Source: Elusimicrobiales bacterium (GTDB taxonomy: Bacteria > Elusimicrobiota > Elusimicrobia > Elusimicrobiales > UBA9959). Taken from it: 64,000 bases of DNA. Below, piece after piece: positions 1 to 9,277 of this stretch. A program made the position numbers and the translations under genes. Below the pieces are notes generated by a model. It was not told the origin of the DNA. It ran no database searches and saw only the letters and a list, made by a program, of their open reading frames with translations. Positions within the stretch are counted from its first letter, which is position 1. Every line of letters begins with the position of its first letter. Location of the stretch: assembly GCA_031082205.1 (NCBI GenBank), contig JAVHLJ010000006.1:1445-65444 (forward strand), in the 5' to 3' direction.

Positions 1-7
1 CGGCCTG

Positions 8-2944
8 ATGTGCGGCATCTGCGGCTTCACGGATTATAAGAACGACTACCTCCTCGGTGCGATGGCGGCCTCGCTGCGCCATCGCGGGCCCGACGAGGAC
101 GGCTTTCATTACGACGGCGGGCGGGCCAGTCTGGCCAGCCGCCGGCTGAAGATAATAGACCTCGACACCGGCCGCCAGCCGGTCTCCAATGAGGACGGTA
201 CCGTCACTGTCGTCTTCAACGGCGAGATCTACAATTACAGGGAACTGCGCGAAGAGCTCCGCAGGAAAGGCCACTCTTTCCGCACGGCCTCCGATACCGA
301 GGTCCTGGTCCATCTCTACGAGGATCTCGGCGCGGAAATGTGCTCCGCTCTCAGGGGCATGTTCGCTTTCGCGCTCTGGGATTCCGGGAAGGGGCGGCTG
401 CTGCTGGCGCGCGACCAGTTCGGGATAAAGCCCCTCTACTACGCAGAGACCGGCGGGTCGCTCTTTTTCGCTTCAGAACTTAAGGCGCTGCTGCTCTCCG
501 ACAGGATCTCCCGGGACCTCGACCCCGTCGCGCTGGACGCCTATTTCACGCTGCTGCGCGTCCCGGCCCCGCTGACCGCCTTCCGGGCGGTAAAGAAGCT
601 CGAGAGCGGCTGCCTGCTGGTCCGCGAGGGAGGGCGCAGCGTGATAAGGCGGTACTGGGACCTCAAGCCGGAATTCCCGCCCGAGACCGGCGCGGCGCTG
701 CGCGAGAGGCTGCTGGCCGCTTTCGACGAGTCCGTCCGGGAGCAGCTGGTCTCGGACGTGCCGCTGGGCCTGCTGCTCTCCGGCGGCCTCGATTCCTCGG
801 CCATAGCGTATTCCCTGGGGGCGGCCGGGGCGCAGGTCACCGCCTTCTCGGCGGGCTTTTCCGGCGCAGATTCCGCCTACGACGAGACGCGCAAGGCCGC
901 GCTCGCCGCTTCCGCTTTCGGACTGCGGCACGAGCGGCTCGAGATAACGGCCGACGCCGCGGAGGTCTGCACGCGCCTGGCCGAAGGCTTCGACGAGCCT
1001 TTCGCCGATTCGTCCGCCATACCGACCTACCTGGTGACGCGGGCCGCGTCCGGCAAGGTCAAGGCGGCGCTGACGGGCATAGGGGGGGACGAGCTTTTCG
1101 GCGGCTACCCGCGGCACCTGGGCGCTCTGCACCTGAAGAAATACCTCATGCTGCCGCGGCCGCTGCGTTCGGCGGCGGCCGGGGCGGCGGGACTGCTCCG
1201 GGAGGGCCGCGGGCCGAGGAATCTGGCCGGCTGGGCCAAGCGCTTCACCAAGGGCGGGCTGCTCGACTTCCCCAAGGCCTACCACTACTGGTGCACCTTT
1301 CTCGACGAAAAGGGCAAGAACGAGCTCTACTCGCTGGATTTCCGGACCGCCCTTTCCGGCTCGCGCTACGCCCCGCCTTTCCTTCCGCCTTCGCCCGACG
1401 AGATAATGCGCTACGAACTGGGAGGCTACCTCCAGGACGACCTGCTGGCGCTGGCCGACCGCGTCTCGATGATGAACTCGCTGGAACTGCGCGTCCCTTT
1501 CCTCGACGTGCGCCTCGCGGCGCTGACGGCCGGCGTGACTCTTTCCGAGAAGACCGGGGGCGGCCTGGAGCCCAAGCGCCTGATGCGGCGCATGCTGGCT
1601 GGCAGGCTGCCCGCGGAGCTGCTGTCCCAGAAGAAGATGGGCTTCCAGGCGCCGGTCTCCAGGTGGCTCGCCGAGGACCTCGCCCCCTTCATGGCCGATA
1701 CGCTTTCGCCCCGCTCGCTCGAGCGCTCGGGCTACCTGGACTCTTCCGCCGTCGCGCGGCTGCGCGGGGACCATCTCTCCGGACGCCGCGACCACTCCGA
1801 CCGCCTCTACTCGGTGCTGATGTTCGAGCTCTGGCTGCGCTCGCTCAAAGGGCCGGCCGCCGCCGTGTCGGCCCTGCCAGTCTCCTCGCCGCGGGACTTC
1901 GACAGGATACTGCTCATGAACCTGGGGGGCCTCGGGGATATCGTGATGATGCGTCCCCTGCTCCGGGCGCTGCGCTCCCGTTTCCCGGCGGCGAAGATAA
2001 CCCTGCTCACGCTGGAGCGCTCCGCCTCCGCCGCGCGCCTGCTGCCCGAACTGGATTCCGTGGAATCCCTGGCCGTGCGCTACAAGCTCCCGACCCCGCT
2101 CGCCGCCTTAAGGGGGCTTATGACGCTCCTCAGGCTCAGGAAGGAGCGTTTCCCGCTGATGCTCAACCAGCTGGCGGTCTCGTCCCCCTGGGGGCGGCGC
2201 AAGATAAGGTTCCTCAAGTGGATACTGAAGCCGGGGTTTTCCGCCGGCCGCTGCATCGAGGACTGCCCGGGTCTTTACGACGCCCCTATTTACGAGCGGG
2301 AGGTGGAGGACCGGAGCGAGGTGGACCTTTCGCTGAGGCTGCTGGAGCCGCTCGGTCTCAGGCCGGAGGAGAGGCATATAACCTTCCCGGTACGGCCGGA
2401 GGATTCCGCCTGGGCCGACGCAGAGCTGTGCCGCCGCGGGCTGGCCGGCCGTTTCCTTATCGGCCTGAACCCGGGCTCGTTCAGGCCTTCGCGCCGCTGG
2501 CCCCCGGAGCGGTGGCTGGAACTGGCCAGGCGGATGCGCGCGCGCTATCCCGAAGCCGGCTTCGTCGTGACCACGGGCCCGGGAGAGGAAAAGCTGGCGG
2601 AAGCCCTGGGGGCCGGCGAAAGGACCTGGACCCCCGGAGGGGCACTGGGCGCCGGCCAGCTGGCCGCCCTGCTCGCCAAGCTCTCGGTATACGTCACCAA
2701 CGACACCGGGCCGATGCACCTGGCGGCCGCCGTCGGGACGAGGGTAGCGGCGATATTCGGTCCCAGCGACCATGTCCGCTTCACGCCGGCCGTGCCGCGC
2801 GCCATGGTCAGGGTCGTGAGGACCGGTTCGGCGGGCTGCTTCCGGCCCTGCTACGATTTCGAATGCGCCGATTCCCGGTGCCTTTCCGACATAACGCCCG
2901 AGGCCGTGCTCGCGGCGGTGGAGGACCTCCGTGCGGGAAAATAA
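8..2944 (+). CDS. Fusion protein: glutamine-hydrolysing asparagine synthetase-like amidotransferase (AsnB family) N-terminal part + glycosyltransferase family 9 (heptosyltransferase-like) C-terminal part
   Basis: 978-aa ORF starting MCGICGF (class II Gln-amidotransferase Cys2 nucleophile). SGGLDSS PP-loop motif and AsnB-type C-terminal helix region to about aa 620. The last ~340 aa carry GT9 hallmarks (ILLMNLGGLGDIVMMRPLL, TNDTGPMHLAAAVGT). Confidence 0.8.
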   Translation: MCGICGFTDYKNDYLLGAMAASLRHRGPDEDGFHYDGGRASLASRRLKIIDLDTGRQPVSNEDGTVTVVFNGEIYNYRELREELRRKGHSFRTASDTEVLVHLYEDLGAEMCSALRGMFAFALWDSGKGRLLLARDQFGIKPLYYAETGGSLFFASELKALLLSDRISRDLDPVALDAYFTLLRVPAPLTAFRAVKKLESGCLLVREGGRSVIRRYWDLKPEFPPETGAALRERLLAAFDESVREQLVSDVPLGLLLSGGLDSSAIAYSLGAAGAQVTAFSAGFSGADSAYDETRKAALAASAFGLRHERLEITADAAEVCTRLAEGFDEPFADSSAIPTYLVTRAASGKVKAALTGIGGDELFGGYPRHLGALHLKKYLMLPRPLRSAAAGAAGLLREGRGPRNLAGWAKRFTKGGLLDFPKAYHYWCTFLDEKGKNELYSLDFRTALSGSRYAPPFLPPSPDEIMRYELGGYLQDDLLALADRVSMMNSLELRVPFLDVRLAALTAGVTLSEKTGGGLEPKRLMRRMLAGRLPAELLSQKKMGFQAPVSRWLAEDLAPFMADTLSPRSLERSGYLDSSAVARLRGDHLSGRRDHSDRLYSVLMFELWLRSLKGPAAAVSALPVSSPRDFDRILLMNLGGLGDIVMMRPLLRALRSRFPAAKITLLTLERSASAARLLPELDSVESLAVRYKLPTPLAALRGLMTLLRLRKERFPLMLNQLAVSSPWGRRKIRFLKWILKPGFSAGRCIEDCPGLYDAPIYEREVEDRSEVDLSLRLLEPLGLRPEERHITFPVRPEDSAWADAELCRRGLAGRFLIGLNPGSFRPSRRWPPERWLELARRMRARYPEAGFVVTTGPGEEKLAEALGAGERTWTPGGALGAGQLAALLAKLSVYVTNDTGPMHLAAAVGTRVAAIFGPSDHVRFTPAVPRAMVRVVRTGSAGCFRPCYDFECADSRCLSDITPEAVLAAVEDLRAGK

Positions 2945-3773
2945 AGCCTGCGCCGCCTGCGGCGGAGCCGTCGAAGCCGTTCCCGGCCTGCTGGCCTGCC
3001 GGGCCTGCGGCCTGGCGCGGCGGGCGGAACTTTCTTTCGGAGATCCTGTATACGAGGGGCTCGACGAGAAGGAGATATACGGTCCTTCCAAGAGCCGGAT
3101 AATATCGGAACTGGTCTCGGACCTCTCCTCCTTCAGGCCCGGCGGTGGGCGGCTGCTGGACGTGGGCTGCGCTTCGGGAGAGATAATGAAGGCGGCCGCC
3201 CCGGCCGGCTGGGACTGCACCGGGGTCGAGATCTCTCACCGGCTGGCGGCGGAGGCTTCGGCCGCGGGCTTCCCGGTCCACGCGGGCAGGCTCGAGACGC
3301 TGCGGACGCCGGATTCCTCTTTCGACGCAGTCGTGTTCTACGACGTGCTCTCCCTGGTGGAGGACCCGCGTCCGCTGCTGGGGCGGGCCTTCGCCCTCCT
3401 GCGTCCCGGCGGCGCCGTTTTCATACGCGAGCTAAACGCCTCCTTCCACCTGCGGGCGCTGGCCCTTTCCGGGCTCGCACCGCTGCGCTCTCTGGGCCTG
3501 AGGCCCGGCGTGGTCCATAACTGGAACTATACCCCCGCCGCCATGAGGGCGCTACTGTCCGGCTGCGGCTTCGAAGGAGTCAGGCTGCGCAATTCAAGGC
3601 CGACCTCCGGCGATCCTTACGCCACCGGCGGCCGGATGGGCGCCGCGGCCGTCGGCGTCTTCAAATCCGTCTTCTTCGCGGCGGCGAGGGCCGCCGAAGT
3701 TCTCAGCGGCGGGCGGGTGCTCGCGGCCAGCGCCTTCGCGGCCTCCGCCCTGAAACCGCGGGCGGGCTCGTGA
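2931..3773 (+). CDS. Class I SAM-dependent methyltransferase with N-terminal CxxC...CxxC zinc-ribbon
   Basis: 280-aa ORF with a GTG start overlapping the upstream stop. Motif I LLDVGCASGE, plus CAACGG...CRACG at the N-terminus. Confidence 0.7.
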   Translation: MRENKACAACGGAVEAVPGLLACRACGLARRAELSFGDPVYEGLDEKEIYGPSKSRIISELVSDLSSFRPGGGRLLDVGCASGEIMKAAAPAGWDCTGVEISHRLAAEASAAGFPVHAGRLETLRTPDSSFDAVVFYDVLSLVEDPRPLLGRAFALLRPGGAVFIRELNASFHLRALALSGLAPLRSLGLRPGVVHNWNYTPAAMRALLSGCGFEGVRLRNSRPTSGDPYATGGRMGAAAVGVFKSVFFAAARAAEVLSGGRVLAASAFAASALKPRAGS

Positions 3774-4444
3774 TATTGGCCGCCCACCAACTCCAGTACA
3801 TGCCGGGGCTGCGCTTCCTGGCCAAGATGCGCCGTTCGGACCTGTTCGTACTGCTCGACGACGTGCAGTACGAGCGCCGCGAGTTCCAGAACCGCAACCG
3901 CATCCGCGTGCCCGCGGGGCCGCAATACCTGACCGTTCCGGTGCTGGCGAAGGGGCGCTTCGATTCGCAGATAAGGGATATCCCCGTCGACAATTCACGG
4001 CCCTGGGCGGCCGACCACCTGCGCTCGATAAGGACCAATTACTCCCGGGCGCCTTATTTCAAGGCCCATCTGCCGGCGCTCGAGGAGCTTTACGGCGCCC
4101 GTTACGAGAGGCTGGGCGAGCTGGCGCTGGCCACGATAAATTTCCTGCGGGACGGTTTCGGGATAAAGACGCCTATGCGGCCGTCATCCGAGTTCGCGGT
4201 AAAGTCGGTTTCCACGGCCAGGCTCGTCGACATCTGCCGCGCGGCAGGAGCGGACGAATATCTCTCCGGCGCCGGCGCCAGGGATTACCTGGACGAAAAA
4301 CTTTTTTCCGCCGCCGGTATAAAGGTCTCCTGGCAGAAGTTCGAAGTGAAACCCTATGAGCAGGCTTTCCCCGGCTTCACGCCGGACCTGTCGGCGCTGG
4401 ACCCCCTGCTAAATATCGGGCCTTCTTGCGCCGATCTTCTTTGA
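3770..4444 (+). CDS. WbqC family protein (polysaccharide-biosynthesis associated)
   Basis: 224-aa ORF with a GTGA start/stop overlap with the methyltransferase. The N-terminus HQLQYMPGLRFLAKMRRSDLFVLLDDVQY...FQNRNRI is typical of the WbqC family. Confidence 0.7.
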   Translation: MILAAHQLQYMPGLRFLAKMRRSDLFVLLDDVQYERREFQNRNRIRVPAGPQYLTVPVLAKGRFDSQIRDIPVDNSRPWAADHLRSIRTNYSRAPYFKAHLPALEELYGARYERLGELALATINFLRDGFGIKTPMRPSSEFAVKSVSTARLVDICRAAGADEYLSGAGARDYLDEKLFSAAGIKVSWQKFEVKPYEQAFPGFTPDLSALDPLLNIGPSCADLL

Positions 4445-4491
4445 GGCTGGAGGGCCTTTACCCGCGAGCGCATCATTACTATACTTTCGAT

Positions 4492-5100
4492 ATGCCAAAG
4501 ACAAAGAAACTTCTTTCCAGCGAGGAATTCTTCGATATCCTGCGCCTGCGCACGCCGGCCAACGCCGCGCGCACCGACGCCCTGATAAACTCCCGGGGCT
4601 TGGCCGAGATGGCCGTCCTGGTCTGCGACTCCTCCGGATTCTCAAAGAAGACGCACGATCACGGGATCATCGAGTTCCTCGACACGATGGTCAAATGCCA
4701 CGACCGGTTCGTCAGGATAGTGGAAGGGGTCGGCGGGCAGGCCCTCTCCAGCAAGGCCGACAACCTGATAGCTCTTTTTCCTTCCGTCGAGTCGGCGGCG
4801 CGCGCCGCGCTCGAGCTCAACGCATGGCTGAAGGCGCGCAACGCGAAGGTCCCCGCGTATAAACGCTACAACATCTGCTCGGGTATAGACTTCGGGCCTC
4901 TGATAAGGCTGGCCGACGACGCCTACGGGCCGACCGTGAACGTAGCCTTCAAGGTGGGCGAGGACATCGCCGGCGTGGACGAGATACTCCTTACCTCCCG
5001 CGCGGCCGACGGGCTGCCGTCCTCCTTCCGCAGGCGTTACGCTAAAAATGTCACTATAGGCGCGATCAACTTCGATCTGTACAGGCTTACCGGGGGCTGA
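4492..5100 (+). CDS. Minimal stand-alone class III nucleotidyl cyclase (adenylate/guanylate cyclase catalytic domain-like)
   Basis: I place the start at ATG 4492 (MPKTKK). MAVLVCDSSGFSKKT matches the metal-Asp FxDxxGFT region, and SKADNLIALFPS matches the second GD-type motif. About 200 aa with no other domain. The stop overlaps the next start (TGATG). Confidence 0.55.
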   Translation: MPKTKKLLSSEEFFDILRLRTPANAARTDALINSRGLAEMAVLVCDSSGFSKKTHDHGIIEFLDTMVKCHDRFVRIVEGVGGQALSSKADNLIALFPSVESAARAALELNAWLKARNAKVPAYKRYNICSGIDFGPLIRLADDAYGPTVNVAFKVGEDIAGVDEILLTSRAADGLPSSFRRRYAKNVTIGAINFDLYRLTGG

Positions 5101-6782
5101 TGCGGGGTTTCTTGAAAAATATGGGCCCTTACCCCCGGCTCCTGCTGATTTTCCTGCTGCCTTTCTTCTTTTTCCCTCTGATCGCCGGAAAGACAGGCGG
5201 TCCTTCCGTACAGTGGGAAAACACCGCCCTGGACGCGGCGGCCCGCATAAATTCAGGGGCTTTCGGAACGGACCCCTATCTGATACATCCCCCCGGTTAT
5301 CTCTACCTGCTGTCTTTTTTCGTGCCTCCCGGCGGCGGCGCCCTGGAAAGCGCAAGGCTCTTTAACTACGTTTGTTTTGTATTGACCGGATGGATGGTCT
5401 TCTTATTGGGCCGCCGGCTTTCTCCCTCCGGCGCCGCCGGCGGGGGGGGCGCAGCGGTCCTTTTATATTGCACTTCCCCGCTCGCCCTGCAGGGGACGCT
5501 ATTAATAGATCTGGGGGACACTTCGATCGTCCCTTTGGCCGCTTCCGTTTACTTCCTTGCGCTTGGGGGAAGTTCGGCCGCGGCGACGGGCGTCGCCTAC
5601 GCTTTCAACCTCTGGACCAAATTCATCCACCCCCTTTTTATAGCATTGGCGGCCGCGGCGTCCCTCCTTTTCCGTCCCCGCTCACGCGAGGATGGTAAGC
5701 GGTTTTTCGCGATCGTCGCCGGAGCCGTACTTTTCCTCGCCTCCTGGGTCCTTTACTCCTCCCAGGCCATGCCGGCCGGCAGCCGCTGGCTCCCGTTCGA
5801 ATACATGTTCGGGGAGATGTTCTTCAATTATCACAGGTCAGAGGCGGCCTCTTCGGGGGCGCTCGCTCTTCTGTATGTGCGTGCCGTGGAGCTGGCCAGG
5901 GTCCTGCTCTGGCTCTGGCCGGCATTGCTCGTTTGGGGCATAAGGCTGTCGCGCAAAGGGGTAGGTGAGGGGGCGGAGCGCCAGATGAATCTTTTCATCC
6001 TTATACTGCTGTTCGCCGCCGCGTTTACCAAGGGCACTTCCAACGGCTTTCCTAAATACCACGCGGCCTTGCTGCCGGTCGTTTCCGCGCTCGGGGGGGC
6101 TTTCGTTTTTGAGCGGGCCGCCCGGTTGTTCCGGAGACCGGTCGGCCCGCTCTTCGCGCTTTTCCTGCTCGCGGGCCTTGCTGTTTTCCTGGCCGGGGAT
6201 CCTATACTCGCGCTCAACTACTCCTTCCGGAGATCCATGGTGTTCGGAGGGGACCTTAGCGGCCCGGCTTTGTCCCTGCTTCTGCGACTGACCGCCGCCG
6301 CGGCCTGCGTATCTTTTTTTGCGCTTTTTTTCAGGAGGGAAGAGAGGAAAGACCGGTTTCTCGCGGCCGTGTTCGCCGGGGGCCTGGCCTGGCAGGCCTC
6401 GATCGGGCTCATCCAGTGGAGGGGAGACTACTCTACCACTTACGGCTACGGGACATCAGGAAAGCGGGAGATCGTCTCTCTGCTGGCCAGGGAATGTCCT
6501 TCCTGCAGAGTGCTGGCCCCCAACGAGTTTCGCCTGGAACTGAAGGCGGCCGGGCTTGTGCCGGAAACCCCGCCGGACACCTGTTGGCAGAATGACGACT
6601 GCCTTAGGGGCCGGCTGCGGGACAGGGATAACCGCGCTTTTGTCTATGGCCTGCCTACGAACACGGTGGCGCAGTTAAGAGTCCTTTCCTCCCTGTCTCC
6701 CGACCTCCTGTCCCGGGATTTCAGCACGGATTCAAGGGGGGATTTTACAATGCTTCTTTTCAAGTCCGAGCCGCGCCGCTAG
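5100..6782 (+). CDS. GT-C fold integral membrane glycosyltransferase (ArnT/PMT family 39/83-like)
   Basis: 560 aa, hydrophobic over most of its length, consistent with about 12 TM segments. The first loop carries DAAARINSG...HPPGYLYLLSFF, typical of ArnT/PMT_2. Soluble C-terminal ~120 aa. Confidence 0.6.
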   Translation: MRGFLKNMGPYPRLLLIFLLPFFFFPLIAGKTGGPSVQWENTALDAAARINSGAFGTDPYLIHPPGYLYLLSFFVPPGGGALESARLFNYVCFVLTGWMVFLLGRRLSPSGAAGGGGAAVLLYCTSPLALQGTLLIDLGDTSIVPLAASVYFLALGGSSAAATGVAYAFNLWTKFIHPLFIALAAAASLLFRPRSREDGKRFFAIVAGAVLFLASWVLYSSQAMPAGSRWLPFEYMFGEMFFNYHRSEAASSGALALLYVRAVELARVLLWLWPALLVWGIRLSRKGVGEGAERQMNLFILILLFAAAFTKGTSNGFPKYHAALLPVVSALGGAFVFERAARLFRRPVGPLFALFLLAGLAVFLAGDPILALNYSFRRSMVFGGDLSGPALSLLLRLTAAAACVSFFALFFRREERKDRFLAAVFAGGLAWQASIGLIQWRGDYSTTYGYGTSGKREIVSLLARECPSCRVLAPNEFRLELKAAGLVPETPPDTCWQNDDCLRGRLRDRDNRAFVYGLPTNTVAQLRVLSSLSPDLLSRDFSTDSRGDFTMLLFKSEPRR

Positions 6783-6798
6783 CCGGCCGCCGGAGGAA

Positions 6799-6830
6799 TA
6801 AAAAAAGCCCCGCCCTGGCGGGGCTTTTTT
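6799..6830. terminator. Bidirectional intrinsic terminator between convergent genes
   Basis: AAAAAAAGCCCCGCC-ctg-GCGGGGCTTTTTT: a GC stem flanked by an A-run and a T-run. Confidence 0.8.
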
Positions 6831-6845
6831 CATGGCCGGCGGGGG

Positions 6846-8213
6846 TCAAAGGCCGGGAACGGCGGGCACTTCCGGCGGCTCCACGGCGGAGCCGGAGCCG
6901 AAGGCGGCGCCCAGCGCGCCGAAGGCGCCGGTGATGATGCCGGGGTTCGGGGCCACGATCCCGGAAGGGGTCTGCTGCGCCCAGACGCCGGGCGGGCGCG
7001 TCCCCACGTTCACCGCCGCGTCGTACTGCTCGGCGGGGGTAAGGGGCCATCCCCAGCCCGTCTCCTGTTCGTCCGGTGTTATGTTCAGCCCGGCCTGCTC
7101 ATAGGCGTACTCGCTGTAGCCGACGCAGTCGAAGGTGTCCGGGCCTTTCTGCTGCACGTGCGTCAGTCCGTAATCCTTGCCCTGCAGCTCGCGGGCCACG
7201 CGCAGTATGGACTCCCGCTGCGCGGCCGTGGGCGCGACCGCGCTGGTCTTGACCGCGTAGAGCGGGTACTTGAAGTGATGCGTGTAATTGTACCAGCCGA
7301 CCGTGCGTACCCCGCCGGGGCTGAAGTAGTTGGGGACGCAGTCGTAGATGACGGTCAGTATTTTGCCGTCCTCGGTCCTGGTGCCGCCGTAGATGCCGGT
7401 GTGGCCTATCGGGAGCATGTCGGTGAACCAGTCGGAGATGGTGCCGGTCTGGCCGCCGGTGTAGAGTATGTCCGCGGGGGTGAAGGCGCTGGGTACGGCC
7501 GAGGGGGCGCCGGAGACGCCGCCGGACAGGCCGAGTCGTTCCAGTATCTCGAAAGCGGCCGCGCGGACGGGTTCGGTCTCGTTCACGTTCCCGGCTATGG
7601 CGCGCAGAAAGGGGCCGGACTTTTCCGTCTTCTGCTTGCCGGCGCCGAAGGCTATGTTGAGCCTGAAGACCTCGTCGGAGGCGCGGTAGAGGCGCTCGAG
7701 CTCTCTCATTACCTTGGGGCTCGATATTTCGCCCAGGGCCCAGACGGAGTTTATGGCCGCTATGCGGGCGCGGAAATCGTCCTCGTAGGCGCCCTTGTTG
7801 CCGGAGCCGCCCAGGTAGGCCTCTATGCCGGCCACCAGCAGCGGGATCGCGTGCTCGTTCTTCTGCAGGCCGAGCTGGCGGGAGGCGCACACGCGCACGC
7901 CGGGGTCGGGATCGAGGGCGGAGGCGGCCAGTTCCTTCCGCACGGAATCGTCGGTCGCGGCGCCCAGCACGTCTATCACGGAGCAGCGGTAGCCCGGATC
8001 GCGGGAGCCGTCGAGTGCGTCGCCCAGCATCACCCGGGCCTTGAAAGGATCGGCCGCGGCCAGCCTCAGCGCGGCGGCGGGGTCGGCGGCGGCTGACTTG
8101 TTCAGCCGGCCTCCTTCCACCCGCGCGAGCAGGCTGTCGAGGTTGTCGGCCGCGCCGGCGTTAACTGAAATAGAGGTCATGACCGCGAATAAGATGACCG
8201 GGATTCTTCTCAT
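6846..8213 (-). CDS. Secreted HEAT-repeat protein with C-terminal NlpC/P60-like (papain-fold) domain
   Basis: Signal peptide MRRIPVILFAVMTSISVNAGAA. HEAT-like repeats (DPGVRVCASRQLGLQKNEHAIPLL). C-terminal FDCVGYSEYAYEQAGL resembles the NlpC/P60 catalytic Cys motif. SD GGAGG upstream. Confidence 0.5.
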   Translation of the reverse strand: MRRIPVILFAVMTSISVNAGAADNLDSLLARVEGGRLNKSAAADPAAALRLAAADPFKARVMLGDALDGSRDPGYRCSVIDVLGAATDDSVRKELAASALDPDPGVRVCASRQLGLQKNEHAIPLLVAGIEAYLGGSGNKGAYEDDFRARIAAINSVWALGEISSPKVMRELERLYRASDEVFRLNIAFGAGKQKTEKSGPFLRAIAGNVNETEPVRAAAFEILERLGLSGGVSGAPSAVPSAFTPADILYTGGQTGTISDWFTDMLPIGHTGIYGGTRTEDGKILTVIYDCVPNYFSPGGVRTVGWYNYTHHFKYPLYAVKTSAVAPTAAQRESILRVARELQGKDYGLTHVQQKGPDTFDCVGYSEYAYEQAGLNITPDEQETGWGWPLTPAEQYDAAVNVGTRPPGVWAQQTPSGIVAPNPGIITGAFGALGAAFGSGSAVEPPEVPAVPGL

Positions 8214-8414
8214 CTAAGGTCCTCCGTGACGTTCAGCTGAATAAATTATAGCCGGCCCCCGCCCGCCTTTCAGGGGCACAAAGGGCACCACGGGGGCGTA
8301 TTTTTTACCAGCCGGGAATGGGCCTTTCGGGCAGGTCCTCGCGCGGGGTTTACATCAAAAAATCCTATATGGTAGGATAAACCGGGGTTTAAACCGCTTT
8401 CACAGGAGCTGACA

Positions 8415-9209
8415 ATGAGGTTCGCGGCAATACTGGTATCGATGACGGCCCTCCTCGCGCCCTGCGCCTGGACGCAGACCGCCGAAGAGGTCGGCAGGGA
8501 GATCCTCACGGCTTACAAGAACAGGGACATAGAGGGCGTCAAGCGGCACATGCCTCCCGTACTGGCCATGACGGTGGACAAGAAGTTCTTCAAGGACAAG
8601 GCCATAAGGGCGGAGGTCGTCGGCCTGCGCCGCTGGGACGGCAAGGTCAGGGAAGTCCGCTATGTTCCCGCCAAGTCCGGCCTGACGGCTTCCGTCTATT
8701 ACGACGAGGACGCCGATCCCTCCAAGGTGAGGGTCTTCAACCTGAACAAGTCGGGCAACTCATGGAAGCAGGCCCTGGGCTCTTTCCTTGTCATAGAGAA
8801 GGAGAAGTTCATGGCCTACGACGCCAAGGAGCCTTCGGCCAAACCGGCCGCCCGCAAGGCGCCGGCCGCCCCCGCCATAGTGCAGGGGGCGCCGCAGGAC
8901 GCCCCGAACAGGGGCTACGCGATAGAGATGGCGGACGGGACCGTGGTGAAGGACCCGACGGTCGCGCAGCTGCAGAAGGCCTTCGAGTCGCTGGGCGAGG
9001 AGAATTTCTTCATAACCCTCAACGCGCCCGACGGTTTCATGACCGCCTCGCGCTCGGGCGGCGCCTACGACGTGGAGTACAAGGACGAGCAGGGGCAGTT
9101 CGCCGCTATAGACGAGATGTCGGCGGTCCAGTCCCTGGAGCTTTTCAGCGCCTATATCAAACGGGACAAGACCTGGAAGTCCAAGGCCAAGTGGCGGCCC
9201 TTCGACTGA
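8415..9209 (+). CDS. Hypothetical secreted protein
   Basis: 264-aa ORF with signal peptide MRFAAILVSMTALLAPCAWTQT and SD AGGAG. I recognise no family. Confidence 0.5.
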   Translation: MRFAAILVSMTALLAPCAWTQTAEEVGREILTAYKNRDIEGVKRHMPPVLAMTVDKKFFKDKAIRAEVVGLRRWDGKVREVRYVPAKSGLTASVYYDEDADPSKVRVFNLNKSGNSWKQALGSFLVIEKEKFMAYDAKEPSAKPAARKAPAAPAIVQGAPQDAPNRGYAIEMADGTVVKDPTVAQLQKAFESLGEENFFITLNAPDGFMTASRSGGAYDVEYKDEQGQFAAIDEMSAVQSLELFSAYIKRDKTWKSKAKWRPFD

Positions 9210-9233
9210 CGCGGAGGAGAGCGGCCCAATAAA

Positions 9234-9264
9234 AGACCCCCGGGAGACCGGGGGTCTTTGTTTT
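9234..9264. terminator. Bidirectional intrinsic terminator
   Basis: AGACCCCCGG-GAGA-CCGGGGGTCT followed by TTGTTTT: a 10-bp perfect stem with a GNRA loop. Confidence 0.8.
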
Positions 9265-9277
9265 AAAGCCGCCCGGC

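Noticed and set aside
4492-6782. A Pycsar/CBASS-like anti-phage pair (minimal cyclase plus membrane effector).
   Set aside because: The neighbouring 560-aa membrane protein looks like a GT-C glycosyltransferase and has no recognisable cyclic-nucleotide-binding, TIR or other effector domain. The flanking genes are glycan-biosynthetic, not a defence island. It is kept only as an unexplained coupling in the findings.
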